Positions 37,793-47,905 of a stretch of 64,000 nucleotides of DNA are shown in pieces. Positions within the stretch are counted from its first letter, which is position 1. Every line of letters begins with the position of its first letter. A model generated the notes under the pieces. That model did no database searches and was not told the origin of the DNA. It was given only the letters and a program-made list of their open reading frames with translations. A program made the position numbers and the translations under genes. This stretch comes from Patescibacteria group bacterium (GTDB taxonomy: Bacteria; Patescibacteriota; Patescibacteriia; SG8-24), in contig JAQTNC010000002.1 in NCBI GenBank assembly GCA_028714475.1, positions 14,609-78,608 of the forward strand, in the 5' to 3' direction.

Positions 37793-39106
37793 ATGACGCG
37801 CACGACCCGCAGCTTCTGGCTGACCTTCATGGTCGCCGCCATGCTGATCTCCGGCCTGGCGCTTTGGCAATGGCGGAATGAACCGATCCCGATGCCGCCC
37901 GCCGCCCCCTTCGCGCCGGTTCGCCCGGCCGTCGTCTCGCCAAATCCGAACGGCGGCATCAATGAAGCGATTCCGCCGACGGCTCCGGAAGCCGTGCCGC
38001 CGCCGACCACGGAAATCCCGACCCCACCGCCGCCGCCCGTTCAGATTCTGCCCATGAACGCCCAGCGACTCGAGCGAGTCGAGTTCAACCCGTTCATCGG
38101 CGACATCTTCCGCGTCGTTTATGACCGATCATCAGAAAATCTCTTCATGACCGTTGTCGAGTCGGATGGCATGCGCGGCGTCTGGAAACTTTCCAAGGAC
38201 CTGCAGATAGAGCGCGTCCTCAAGGGTAACAACAAGGCCGGGGAGGTGTTCCTGGGTCAGACGACAACCGGCGTCCTGATCGCGCAATTCGACAACCCAG
38301 GCAGCATCTACCGTTCCGTTGACCTCGGCCGCACCTGGCAAAAAGTTTCCGGCGACATTGACGGGGCCTTTTGGCAAATAGCCGATGACGGGAAGGGGAC
38401 GGTGTGGGGCGCCTTGCACGCCTACAACAAGGCCATCCTCTACCGCAGCACCGACGATGGGCTGACCTGGGAGCCGTGGCGCGATTTCCAGAAACTGTAT
38501 CCGGAATACGCCACGACTTATGCAGCTGGTGACAACCGCCTGAAGCTCCGTCATCTTCACAGTGTCGCTTACCTGAACGGGCGTCTCTTCGTCGGCACCG
38601 GCGACATGGCGCGCTTCACGTTCATGTCCTCGGACAACGGCGAAACATGGAAAAAAATCTGGGATGAAGGGTTTACCGCCAGTGTCCCGCTCGAAGACCG
38701 CTCCGGCCTTATTCTCGGACCGGACCGCCTGCAGGCGCGCGGCTTGGCCGTCTACAAGCTGTCAGACGGTTCTGCCACCGAAGTCTGGCAACCGCGGCAA
38801 TACGGTTACGCCGGTTACACCTACAGCATGACCGATGTGGGCGGTTCGTATTTCGCGGCCTTCCACAACGAAACCAACGAAACGTCGACCTTCACCGGGC
38901 GCAGCGGCATCATCGTCTCGCCGGACGGGTATCGCTGGTACCCATTCCTGGAATTCGAGAAATTGAACAACTGGGCGCGGACGGACATCTTCATGACGCC
39001 TCTCAACCAGTGGCAAGGTTACGTGACGCTGAACGGCGGCCTGTACCGCTTTGAAGCCCCGATTGGCCGTTGGTACGAGATGCATAAGGCTTTCGGCGAT
39101 AAATAG
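37793..39106 (+). CDS. Exported BNR/Asp-box repeat protein (Ycf48/sialidase-like beta-propeller)
   Basis: Signal peptide. Repeated S-x-D-x-G-x-T-W boxes (SVDLGRTW, STDDGLTW, SSDNGETW). Confidence 0.7.
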   Translation: MTRTTRSFWLTFMVAAMLISGLALWQWRNEPIPMPPAAPFAPVRPAVVSPNPNGGINEAIPPTAPEAVPPPTTEIPTPPPPPVQILPMNAQRLERVEFNPFIGDIFRVVYDRSSENLFMTVVESDGMRGVWKLSKDLQIERVLKGNNKAGEVFLGQTTTGVLIAQFDNPGSIYRSVDLGRTWQKVSGDIDGAFWQIADDGKGTVWGALHAYNKAILYRSTDDGLTWEPWRDFQKLYPEYATTYAAGDNRLKLRHLHSVAYLNGRLFVGTGDMARFTFMSSDNGETWKKIWDEGFTASVPLEDRSGLILGPDRLQARGLAVYKLSDGSATEVWQPRQYGYAGYTYSMTDVGGSYFAAFHNETNETSTFTGRSGIIVSPDGYRWYPFLEFEKLNNWARTDIFMTPLNQWQGYVTLNGGLYRFEAPIGRWYEMHKAFGDK

Positions 39107-39276
39107 AAAAATCGCGGACTTCCGGGTTTCAAGCCCGGGAGTTTGGCTGGGGCAAATAACGTCCGGGCATGGATTCGGGGCTGTTTATTGCGACCGGTGC
39201 TGTTCGCCGAGCCGAAAGATTTATGGTAAAATATAGATGATAGATGGCGCATTTATGCCGCCACAATGCTGAAGTT

Positions 39277-40011
39277 ATGAAACAGAATCCCGATTACGAT
39301 AAAGCCGTAGAAATCGCCGATGGCGTCTTTTGGGTGGGTTTTTACGACCCGGTCGCCCATTTCCATTGCAACCCGTACCTCATCCTGACCGGCGAGGACG
39401 CGGTTCTGATTGACCCCGGCTCCAATCCGCATTTTCCCACCGTGGCGCGCAAGGTCGCTTCGGTCGTGAAGTTCGATCGCATCCGCTACATCATCATCCA
39501 CCACCAGGATCCGGATCTCGCCAGCAACATCCCGGTCTTCGAGAAGCTCATCAACCGTCCGGATCTGGAGGTCGTCACGACCTTCCGCGCCAGCCTGCTC
39601 ACGAGTTACTACGGCTTCAAGAGTCCGTACCGCCTGGTGGAGAAAGGCCCGCTTGAGGTCGGCGGACGCAAGTTCGACTTCGAGCTCACGCCCTACCTGC
39701 ACGCGCCGGGTGCCTTCACCACCTATGACGGCGAGCGGAAAATCCTGTTCTCGTCCGACATCTTCGGGGCCTTCTCGCGCAACTGGGACCTCTATGCCGC
39801 CGAGAACTACCCGGAACTGATGTTCGAGTTCCACGACTCCTACATGCCGGACCACGGCCTCCTCAAGAACCAGATGGAGCGTTTCGAGCGCTTCAACATC
39901 GATCTTATCGCGCCGCAACACGGCTCGGTCATCCGGAAGGAACTGGTCCAGTCGCAGATTGATGCGCTCAAGAAGGTGCAGGGCGGCGGTTACCTGCGCA
40001 ACCGTCAGTAA
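39277..40011 (+). CDS. MBL-fold metallo-hydrolase
   Basis: HHQDPD (HxHxDH) motif. 244 aa. Confidence 0.75.
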   Translation: MKQNPDYDKAVEIADGVFWVGFYDPVAHFHCNPYLILTGEDAVLIDPGSNPHFPTVARKVASVVKFDRIRYIIIHHQDPDLASNIPVFEKLINRPDLEVVTTFRASLLTSYYGFKSPYRLVEKGPLEVGGRKFDFELTPYLHAPGAFTTYDGERKILFSSDIFGAFSRNWDLYAAENYPELMFEFHDSYMPDHGLLKNQMERFERFNIDLIAPQHGSVIRKELVQSQIDALKKVQGGGYLRNRQ

Positions 40012-40015
40012 GAAT

Positions 40016-40867
40016 ATGGAATCGTCGGGCATCGGCTCCGTGTCCTTCAAGACGCTGGAGGAGAAACATTATCAGGAAATCCTACGCGCCTACAGCGACG
40101 CGCAGTATTTCGAGCTGATTGCCCAGTTCATCAGCCACCTTGACGTGTTGCAGCGTGAGCGTGACATCATCCGTTCGCAATACGATTTTGTCCGCATGCT
40201 TTCGCACCAGCTGCGCACGCCTCTCGGCGCCATGATCGGGTCGTTCGACCTGCTGGAGCGGGTCATTCCGGAAGACACGAAACAGCTGTTCAGCGGCATG
40301 CAGGACAAGCTGGACAATCTCAACGAGCTGGTGGACAACCTACTCTATTTCACGGAAGTCGTCGGGAGCGGCGGCGCGACCGAAAAGGTGCGCTTTCGCC
40401 TTTCCGAAGCCGTCGATCGCGCGACGGAAGAGGTTGAGCGCAAGTCCAGACGCAAGGAGGTCAAAGTTTCCTTCAGCCGGCCTGACTTCGACGACACCAT
40501 CGTCGGTGACCGTTACGGACTGACCAAGGCGGTGTCTTACCTGCTTGACAACGCCATTGTCTATAATCGGCAGGGCGGCACCGTTAGCGTTCGCATCTGG
40601 CATTCGGGTAAGACCTTACGCCTGGACGTGGAGGATACCGGCTTTGGCGTCCCGCCTGACGAACAGCCGCGCATCTTCGGCCGGTTTTTTCGCGCCTCAA
40701 ACGCCTCGCTTGGCAAAAACGAGGGCAGCGGTGTAGCCTTGTACCTGGTTCGGACGCTGGTTGAGGCCGCTGGAGGAAGCGTTGGTTTCCGCAGCATCGA
40801 GGGCCAGGGTTCGGAATTCTGGCTGGAATTGCCGGCGGCCGGTGTCGTTGAGGAAGAGTCCGTATAG
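40016..40867 (+). CDS. Cytoplasmic histidine kinase
   Basis: H-box SHQLRTPLGAM. HATPase_c with G-boxes. No TM. Confidence 0.75.
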   Translation: MESSGIGSVSFKTLEEKHYQEILRAYSDAQYFELIAQFISHLDVLQRERDIIRSQYDFVRMLSHQLRTPLGAMIGSFDLLERVIPEDTKQLFSGMQDKLDNLNELVDNLLYFTEVVGSGGATEKVRFRLSEAVDRATEEVERKSRRKEVKVSFSRPDFDDTIVGDRYGLTKAVSYLLDNAIVYNRQGGTVSVRIWHSGKTLRLDVEDTGFGVPPDEQPRIFGRFFRASNASLGKNEGSGVALYLVRTLVEAAGGSVGFRSIEGQGSEFWLELPAAGVVEEESV

Positions 40868-40961
40868 AGCCGCGTGTAGTGAGCTCCCTCCGGGCTTGTG
40901 CCCGGATTTTTGAGAAACGAAACAAATTGTCCGCCATATTCGTATTAATTCTTGCTGGCCT

Positions 40962-41555
40962 ATGCTGTCAGGAACGGAAATGGAGGGAAAAACCGACGCG
41001 GAACTGGCCGAACTGGTGTCAATTGACCGCGAAGCCTACGGGTTCCTCATGCGGCGCTACGAGGGCCGCCTTTTGGGCTATCTCCGGCGGCTATCCAACA
41101 TCCGACATGAGGATGCGGAAGACATCCTGCAAGAGGTCTTTATCAAGGCTTATCTTAACCTGAACTCGTTTGATCGGCGCCTGAAATTTTCCTCCTGGAT
41201 TTACCGTATAGCCCACAACGAGGCCGTCAGCCATTGGCGCAGGAACAAGAATCGCCCTCAGCCGCTGCTGACCGAAGACGAGGATGCGGCCGCGGAAATG
41301 GCGGCCAAACTGTCCGTTGACCCCGAGTTGGCCGAACAGTTCGATCGCACCCAAACCGCCGAGGCGGTCCGCGCGGCTATCGCGGGCCTGGATGACAAGT
41401 ATCGCGACATCCTGATCCTGCGCTATCTGGAAGAGAAGGACTACGCGGAGATTTCCGACATCCTGTGCAAGCCGATGGGGACGGTGGCGACCTTGCTCAA
41501 TCGCGCCAAGCAGGCCCTGCGTCTCGCCGTGGTGAACAACAAGGCTTTCAAATGA
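40962..41555 (+). CDS. RNA polymerase ECF-type sigma-70 factor
   Basis: Region 2 (DILQEVFIKAY, IAHNEAVSHWRR) and region 4 HTH (YAEISDILCKPMGTVATLLNRA). Confidence 0.85.
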   Translation: MLSGTEMEGKTDAELAELVSIDREAYGFLMRRYEGRLLGYLRRLSNIRHEDAEDILQEVFIKAYLNLNSFDRRLKFSSWIYRIAHNEAVSHWRRNKNRPQPLLTEDEDAAAEMAAKLSVDPELAEQFDRTQTAEAVRAAIAGLDDKYRDILILRYLEEKDYAEISDILCKPMGTVATLLNRAKQALRLAVVNNKAFK

Positions 41556-41559
41556 CCAT

Positions 41560-42384
41560 ATGACTGGACTAACCGAAAAGGTGCTGCAGACCATCAGGAA
41601 GCGCGACATCCGGCCGACGCCGCGTTGGCGTTTCCTGATGATCGAGGGCGGTAAAATATTGCTCCTGGCCGCCACGGTCGTCGCGAGCAGTCTCGCGGTC
41701 AGCGCCACGCTTCACCTGTTTACGGATTTCGAATGGGAGGGCGGCGTTTACCGGGCGGATAACTGGCTGAACTATGCCGTTCGCGGCGTTCCTTTCTTCT
41801 GGCTGGCGGTGGTACTGGTGTTTCTCGTCGCGGCGGCCTTGGATTTCTATTCCACAACCGATGGTTACCGTTATCGGCGCTCGTCGGTCGTGGCCGCTTG
41901 CCTGGGCGCGAGCCTGGTCCTCGGCACGGTGATGTATGGGCGCGGCTACGGCGAGGATGTCGATGCGGCGATGGAGCGAAGTTGGGGCGGTTATCGTCGC
42001 GTGGTCTGGAGCCGGACGGACGTCTGGTCGCAGCCGGACGAAGGGCTGTTGGGTGGCGTCGTGGAGAGTGTCCGACCGGAGCCGCCGGAAATGATTGTGC
42101 GTGACTTTGAACGCCGCATCTGGTTGGTTCGTCCGCGGGGATCGACGTGGCCAGAGCCGCATCCGAGGCTCGTTCACAACGCCGTCATTCGCATCATCGG
42201 CGACCGGGAAGACGGCCTTTTCTTCGCGCGAGAAATCCGTCCTTGGGTCGGCCGCCCGCCAAGGATCAACCCCCTCTACGATAATTGCCGCGGCGAACCT
42301 CTCGAAGCGCCGCCTTCCGACGAGGCGAAAGAAAGGCCGTGGCCGCCACGTATCATCAGGTGCGGAGCCGTTCAACAGCCTTAA
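41560..42384 (+). CDS. Putative anti-sigma factor / membrane protein
   Basis: Starts 5 nt after the sigma gene. Short cytoplasmic N-terminus, then TM helices. Confidence 0.5.
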   Translation: MTGLTEKVLQTIRKRDIRPTPRWRFLMIEGGKILLLAATVVASSLAVSATLHLFTDFEWEGGVYRADNWLNYAVRGVPFFWLAVVLVFLVAAALDFYSTTDGYRYRRSSVVAACLGASLVLGTVMYGRGYGEDVDAAMERSWGGYRRVVWSRTDVWSQPDEGLLGGVVESVRPEPPEMIVRDFERRIWLVRPRGSTWPEPHPRLVHNAVIRIIGDREDGLFFAREIRPWVGRPPRINPLYDNCRGEPLEAPPSDEAKERPWPPRIIRCGAVQQP

Positions 42385-42414
42385 CGCGCGGCTCAACGCG
42401 GAACCATCAAAAAT

Positions 42415-42723
42415 ATGTCAATTTTGACGAGGGTGGCGTCTCTCGGCATTGCCGTCCCGATGCTCGCGTTCGCGGCCGCACCCACTTGGGCCGTGGACGT
42501 GAATGACGTCGCTGAAGCTGGGGGCTCCCGACGACTTGAATGGCGCGTCTGCCGACAGATGACGTCCGACGAAAGCAACGCTCTCGATAACGCAAATAAC
42601 GGTCTGCTGATGCGATCCGGGAGCGGTTTTTCCCGCGGGTGGCGAAACGGCCGCCCCGGTCAACCCCAGTTTCCGGTTACCCCCACGAATCGTCCCCGAC
42701 CTGCCTCTGAAAGACATCGTTGA
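42415..42723 (+). CDS. Small secreted protein (possible)
   Basis: 102-aa ORF with a signal-peptide-like N-terminus. No SD. Confidence 0.3.
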   Translation: MSILTRVASLGIAVPMLAFAAAPTWAVDVNDVAEAGGSRRLEWRVCRQMTSDESNALDNANNGLLMRSGSGFSRGWRNGRPGQPQFPVTPTNRPRPASERHR

Positions 42724-42807
42724 AAACGGCGCCGTGAGGCGCCGTTTTCGGTGAAGATGACGCCTGGCCCGTATTCAGGTAAAATACAGCCGTATCCGCC
42801 GCCAACT

Positions 42808-43767
42808 ATGAAAAAAGACAACATCATTATCGCCGTGATCGGTCTCGGATTCGGATTTTTAGCGCTCACCCAGGTGATTGAGCTTAATCGCTTGAATGAC
42901 GCCTTCTCCGCTACGGAAAACCGCCAGGACATGTTGCAGAAGCAAATCATGTCCTTACGGCAGCATTTGGTCACCGCGGCTGGTGAAAGCGAAGCGCTAG
43001 CCAGCCGAATGGCTGAAGCAGAGCAACGAAACCGCGAGGTCGTCCGCCAGAAATCGCAGGACGAACTGCTCACGGCCGCCGTGGCCATGAACACGCCGGC
43101 GGTCGTTTCCGTGGTCATCTCCAAGGACGTCCCGCAGCTGGAAGTGACATACGTCAACCCCTTCGGCGATGATCCGTTCTTCAAGGATTTCGATTTCCGC
43201 GTGCCGGTTTACCGCCAGAAGGGTTCGACCCTCCAGAAAGTCGGCGCTGGCACCGGCTTCATCGTCTCCAAGGACGGCCTGATCGTGACCAACCGCCACG
43301 TCGTCACTGACCAGACCGCGTCCTACACCGCCTTGCTCTCGGATGGCAGCCAACAAACCGCGCGCGTCCTGTACCGCGACCCGAATAACGACCTGGCCGT
43401 CATAAAGATAGACGGAACAAACCTGCCGACGGTCAGTCTCGGCGATTCCGCGAGTCTGAAGCTCGGCCAAACCGTTTCCGCCATCGGCAACGCGCTCGGC
43501 GAATACGACAACTCCGTTTCGGTCGGCATCATCTCCGGCCTCGACCGCACCATCGAGGCGGGCGGCGGCGGAACCAGCGAACAGCTGAAAGGCGTCATCC
43601 AGACGGACGCCGCCATCAACCCCGGCAATTCCGGCGGCCCGCTCATTGACCTGGATGGCCGCGTCATCGGCGTGAGCGTCGCCACGGTGCTCGGTTCCCA
43701 GAACATCAGCTTTGCGATCCCCGTGAATGACGTCAAACGCATTCTTGATAAGGTCGCCACCCAATAA
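42808..43767 (+). CDS. HtrA/DegP-like trypsin-family serine protease
   Basis: GTGFIVSKDGLIVTNRHVV (His block), DLAVIKI (Asp), GNSGGPL (Ser). Confidence 0.8.
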   Translation: MKKDNIIIAVIGLGFGFLALTQVIELNRLNDAFSATENRQDMLQKQIMSLRQHLVTAAGESEALASRMAEAEQRNREVVRQKSQDELLTAAVAMNTPAVVSVVISKDVPQLEVTYVNPFGDDPFFKDFDFRVPVYRQKGSTLQKVGAGTGFIVSKDGLIVTNRHVVTDQTASYTALLSDGSQQTARVLYRDPNNDLAVIKIDGTNLPTVSLGDSASLKLGQTVSAIGNALGEYDNSVSVGIISGLDRTIEAGGGGTSEQLKGVIQTDAAINPGNSGGPLIDLDGRVIGVSVATVLGSQNISFAIPVNDVKRILDKVATQ

Positions 43768-43770
43768 CCA

Positions 43771-45213
43771 ATGTTTATGCGCAGGGTTCTTCCGATGTTG
43801 CTCGTGTTGGTCTGTGGCGCGGTTGCCGCGGCCTTGCTTTATCGTCTCATCCAGATGCCGGTTGGCGACGGCTCCCAATCCCTGACCGTTCGGCCGCATA
43901 GGCCGGAAAAAACGGAATCGGCGCCGCAGGTCGGCGGCACCGTTGATTTCGTGAGCGGGGCCGTGGAATTCCGCCCGGCCGACGGGGAATGGAAACGCGC
44001 GTCCATCGGCCAAGGACTGCAGGCCGGGGACGCCGTCGAGGTGGTGGGCGATGGGCGGGCCGCCATCCGTTTTGCCGACGGCAATTCCGTGCGGCTCGAT
44101 CGCGACACGCTCGCGGAAATCAGTCAGCTCGAGGACAGCTCGGTCACGGTCGCCGCCGTTAAGGGTCGCGTGTATGCCTATGCCGGCTCGGCCAGACAGT
44201 CCTTGCGCCTGACGACCGGCGTTCAGGAATACCAAGGGGACGGCGACGGAATACACACCTACTTGGCAACCGTTGGCGAAGAGAACAGCGTAGCGGTCTT
44301 TGAGGGAAATGTCGCGGTGAAGGACGTCCTTGGCGCGGAACAGACAGCTTTCGTTGAAGCCGGCAATCAACTCCAAGTCGTCATTTCGGCGGAAAACGGT
44401 CCATCGGGGAAAACCCAGAAGCTGGATCCGAAAAGTTTGAACAAGGACGAGTTCGTTAAATGGAATCTGGAATGGGACAAGGAGATTTCTGCCGCGGACA
44501 GCGTGACGCAACAAAAGGAGGCGCCGGGAACCGCCACCGAGCTGGCCGAAAAGAACTCGTCCGCCAGCGGCAGGGGATTGTTCGCCGATTCAGGCAACGC
44601 GCCACTCACCATCACCCTGTCCGGCAAACCGACGGCGGACGGCGTTTATCTCGCTTGGACCGTGCAGGGCACAAGCCCGCCGAACGGCTTCAAGCTGCTT
44701 AAGAGCCGCGAAGCATACCCTGTCTATCCGGGCAGTGATTTCGTCTACCTTACGAACGGTGATGACCGCGATTACGTGTGGCCGCTCCTTGACGGAGAAA
44801 CGTACCATATTCGCGCCTGCGCCTATCTCGGCGACGGCACCTGCGGGAATTACAGCAACGACGTTTCGGTCACGGCGCCGAAAAAAACCGTTTCGGCCGC
44901 ACCCAAAACGGAAACCGCGGCTGACAGCGGCGTCAAGCGCTTGGCCCTGTCATCGGCCGGCGGACGACTGGTGCGTTGGACCGTTGAAGGTCAGTCGCCC
45001 AGCGGCTTCAAGGTTGTTTGGTCCAAGTCGCCCGGCCCGACCTACCCGACCCGCGACGCCGACCAATACCTGTACTTCGCCGACCCGTTGCGGCGCACGG
45101 CGGAAATCAACGCCTTCAACGGCGCTGGCAAATATTACGTCCGCGTCTGCGAATACCTGGGCGGCACCTGCGGGCTGTATTCAAATGAAATCATCGTTGA
45201 CTTGGGCGATTAG
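43771..45213 (+). CDS. Exported FecR-domain protein
   Basis: N-terminal anchor. FecR-like block (VEVVGDGRAAIRFADGNSVRLDRDTL). Antisense and alternative-frame ORFs rejected. Confidence 0.55.
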   Translation: MFMRRVLPMLLVLVCGAVAAALLYRLIQMPVGDGSQSLTVRPHRPEKTESAPQVGGTVDFVSGAVEFRPADGEWKRASIGQGLQAGDAVEVVGDGRAAIRFADGNSVRLDRDTLAEISQLEDSSVTVAAVKGRVYAYAGSARQSLRLTTGVQEYQGDGDGIHTYLATVGEENSVAVFEGNVAVKDVLGAEQTAFVEAGNQLQVVISAENGPSGKTQKLDPKSLNKDEFVKWNLEWDKEISAADSVTQQKEAPGTATELAEKNSSASGRGLFADSGNAPLTITLSGKPTADGVYLAWTVQGTSPPNGFKLLKSREAYPVYPGSDFVYLTNGDDRDYVWPLLDGETYHIRACAYLGDGTCGNYSNDVSVTAPKKTVSAAPKTETAADSGVKRLALSSAGGRLVRWTVEGQSPSGFKVVWSKSPGPTYPTRDADQYLYFADPLRRTAEINAFNGAGKYYVRVCEYLGGTCGLYSNEIIVDLGD

Positions 45214-45254
45214 CGACGCTGTCGTTTCAGCAAGGCAACCTTTATTTAACTGTC

Positions 45255-46229
45255 ATGCCAGCCATCATCCGCACCGACCGCCTGACCAAACGCTTCGGCG
45301 ATTTCACCGCCGTGGACAACCTCTCCTTCGAGGTTCAGGAAGGGGAGATTTTCGGCTTTCTCGGCCCCAACGGCGCGGGCAAATCCACGACCATCGCCAT
45401 CCTCACGACCTTGCTCATGCCGACCTCCGGCACGGCCCGCGTGAACGGCTGGGACGTGACGCGCGATCGCGATGCCGTGCGTCGCGCCATCGGCATCGTC
45501 TTCCAGGACCCGTCGCTCGACGACCGGTTGACGGCCGAGGAGAACCTGCGCTTTCACGCGCGGCTTTACGGCGTACCGGCCAAGGAATACAGCGAGCGAC
45601 TCAAGACCGTCCTCAACCTGGTAGAGCTTTGGGACAGGCGCAACGCCCTGGTCAGGACTTTTTCCGGCGGCATGAAGCGGCGGCTGGAAATCGCCCGCGG
45701 CCTCATTCATTACCCGCGCTTGCTTTTTCTTGACGAGCCGACGCTAGGCCTTGACCCACAGACCCGCGCGAAGCTCTGGGACTACATCCTCGACCTGCGC
45801 CGCCGTCACGCCATGACCATCTTCATGACGACCCACTACATGAATGAGGCGGAATATTGCGACCGCATCGCCATCGTTGACCGCGGCCGCCTGCAGGCCT
45901 TGGATACCCCCACGGAACTCAAGCACCTCGTCGGCGATGACGTCATCAGCCTCGTGCCGACGGACGCGGTCGCCGCTGCCGACGAGATAAAGTCCGCTTT
46001 CGGACTGGAGCCTCACCCGGTCGGTGAAAATCTTGAGGTTCACGTGACGGACGGCGAAGCCTACCTGCCCAAACTGCTCTCCGGACTGAAATCCAACATC
46101 AAATCCGTCACCTTGCGTGAACCGACGATCGAGGACGTCTTCCTGAAGCTGACCGGCCGCGGCCTGCGCGACGCCGACGCCTCGGCTACTGACCGCCTGC
46201 GGGAACACCGCAAGCACCATGGCCATTAA
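45255..46229 (+). CDS. ABC-2 type transporter ATP-binding protein
   Basis: GPNGAGKST. SGGMKRRLEIARGL. Confidence 0.85.
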   Translation: MPAIIRTDRLTKRFGDFTAVDNLSFEVQEGEIFGFLGPNGAGKSTTIAILTTLLMPTSGTARVNGWDVTRDRDAVRRAIGIVFQDPSLDDRLTAEENLRFHARLYGVPAKEYSERLKTVLNLVELWDRRNALVRTFSGGMKRRLEIARGLIHYPRLLFLDEPTLGLDPQTRAKLWDYILDLRRRHAMTIFMTTHYMNEAEYCDRIAIVDRGRLQALDTPTELKHLVGDDVISLVPTDAVAAADEIKSAFGLEPHPVGENLEVHVTDGEAYLPKLLSGLKSNIKSVTLREPTIEDVFLKLTGRGLRDADASATDRLREHRKHHGH

Positions 46230-47016
46230 TCCTATGCCGCGAATTTCCGTTATCGCCACCATCGCCGAACGCGAGCTGATCCGCTATTGGCGGGACCGCG
46301 CCCGCATGGTCTCGACGCTCTTCCAGCCGCTCATGTTCTTGTTCGTGTTTGGCGCCGGCCTCCAGCAGACGCTCTCCCGCGGCTCGTTCGGCGTGGACTT
46401 CATCCAGTTCATGTATCCCGGCATCGTGGCCATGAACATCATGGGCACGGCATTCTTCTCGACCATCTCCACCGTCTGGGATCGTGAGTTCGGCTTCCTC
46501 AAGGAAATCCTCGTCGCTCCGGTCTCGCGCACCGACATCGCCGCCGGCAAGATGCTCGGCGCCACCATCGTCGCGACCCTGCAGGGCTTGGTGCTCTTGG
46601 CCATCGCCCCGCTCATCGGCGTGCATCTGCATATCCTCATCGTGCTGCGACTGGCGGTCTTCATGGTCTTGGTCGCCTTCGCCATCTCCGGCCTCGGCCT
46701 GTTCATCGCGTCCGCCGTTCAAACCGTGGAGAATTTCGGCGTCATCATGAACTTCTTCGTCTTCCCGCTGTTCTTCCTCTCCGGCGCCTTCTTTCCGCTC
46801 ACCGCCGTGCCTCAATGGATGTCCATCATCGCTTCCGCCAACCCGTTGGCCTACGGCGTGGACGCCATGCGCCAAATCTTGCTCGCCCCGCAGGTGAACG
46901 CCGACGCGCTCGCCAAGCTCGTCCTGCGCGCGCCGGCCATGGACGCGCTGTTCCTCATGGTGTTCGCCGGCGTTTTCCTGTCCGCCGCCGTGCTGGCGTT
47001 CAATCGGAGGACGTAA
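46219..47016 (+). CDS. ABC-2 type transporter permease
   Basis: 6 TM. Overlaps the ATPase gene by 11 nt. Confidence 0.8.
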   Translation: MAINPMPRISVIATIAERELIRYWRDRARMVSTLFQPLMFLFVFGAGLQQTLSRGSFGVDFIQFMYPGIVAMNIMGTAFFSTISTVWDREFGFLKEILVAPVSRTDIAAGKMLGATIVATLQGLVLLAIAPLIGVHLHILIVLRLAVFMVLVAFAISGLGLFIASAVQTVENFGVIMNFFVFPLFFLSGAFFPLTAVPQWMSIIASANPLAYGVDAMRQILLAPQVNADALAKLVLRAPAMDALFLMVFAGVFLSAAVLAFNRRT

Positions 47017-47145
47017 TTATTGAATAGCTGTAATGTCAAGGCATTTTGCCGAGAGGGGCCAAAATGAAGTAAGCTTATGCTGACCTCTGATGAAGACTCC
47101 CCGGGCTGACGCCCGGAGTATTCGGCGGAGGTGAATTAATGACCT

Positions 47146-47901
47146 ATGGAACAGACCCTCAATAAACCCGCGGCTCCGCCTTCGCACCGGCCGCCAACCC
47201 GACTCATCCTCATCGTCATCGGCGTTGTTGTTGTCATCGCTGCGGTTTTGACGCTAATGCAAACGAAACCCAACGACGTCGCGAGGCCATCATCGGTCAG
47301 CCCGACTGTCACCGAACAGCCCGGCCTCAAGATTCCGACCCAGCCGCAGGTTGAGCCGACGGATTTCGTCTTCGAACGGACCGTCAAGCTCGGCGAACCG
47401 GCCGAAATGCAGATCCGCTTCCGCGACTACTCGACCGTTCCGGCCGACTTCGCTTCCATGGACGAGCTGGAAGGCAAGCTCAAGAGCGTGCCCGGCCTCA
47501 TCACCATGACCGTGAATTCGGTCGAGCCGAAAGCGGCGATCGGCGAAATGGCCGAGGTGGGAAACGCCGTCTATTTTGCCGCCAACTTCAGCGTGAAGGG
47601 CGATGCCAACAACCCGACGGGGAATCTGATTCATCCGGGCAGCCTCGAGGAAATCGGCAAGGACATGTTTCCGCAGATCGTGCTCATCAAGGCCAATGCC
47701 GTCGTCACGATGGATCCTGACGCCAGCCGGCTGTACGCTCGCGCCAAGCAGTTGCCGAACTTTCGACGGGCCACACCGACGATGACCGAGCCCATCAACC
47801 TGACCGCCGTCTGGAAATGGCCGTACGCCAACCACCCGATCCTCGCGCTCGAGTACGTCAACGCTTCGGGCGAAAAAAAATACATCCGCGTGCAGTACTG
47901 A
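47146..47901 (+). CDS. Membrane-anchored hypothetical protein
   Basis: 251 aa. Single N-terminal TM. Confidence 0.5.
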   Translation: MEQTLNKPAAPPSHRPPTRLILIVIGVVVVIAAVLTLMQTKPNDVARPSSVSPTVTEQPGLKIPTQPQVEPTDFVFERTVKLGEPAEMQIRFRDYSTVPADFASMDELEGKLKSVPGLITMTVNSVEPKAAIGEMAEVGNAVYFAANFSVKGDANNPTGNLIHPGSLEEIGKDMFPQIVLIKANAVVTMDPDASRLYARAKQLPNFRRATPTMTEPINLTAVWKWPYANHPILALEYVNASGEKKYIRVQY

Positions 47902-47905
47902 TAAC

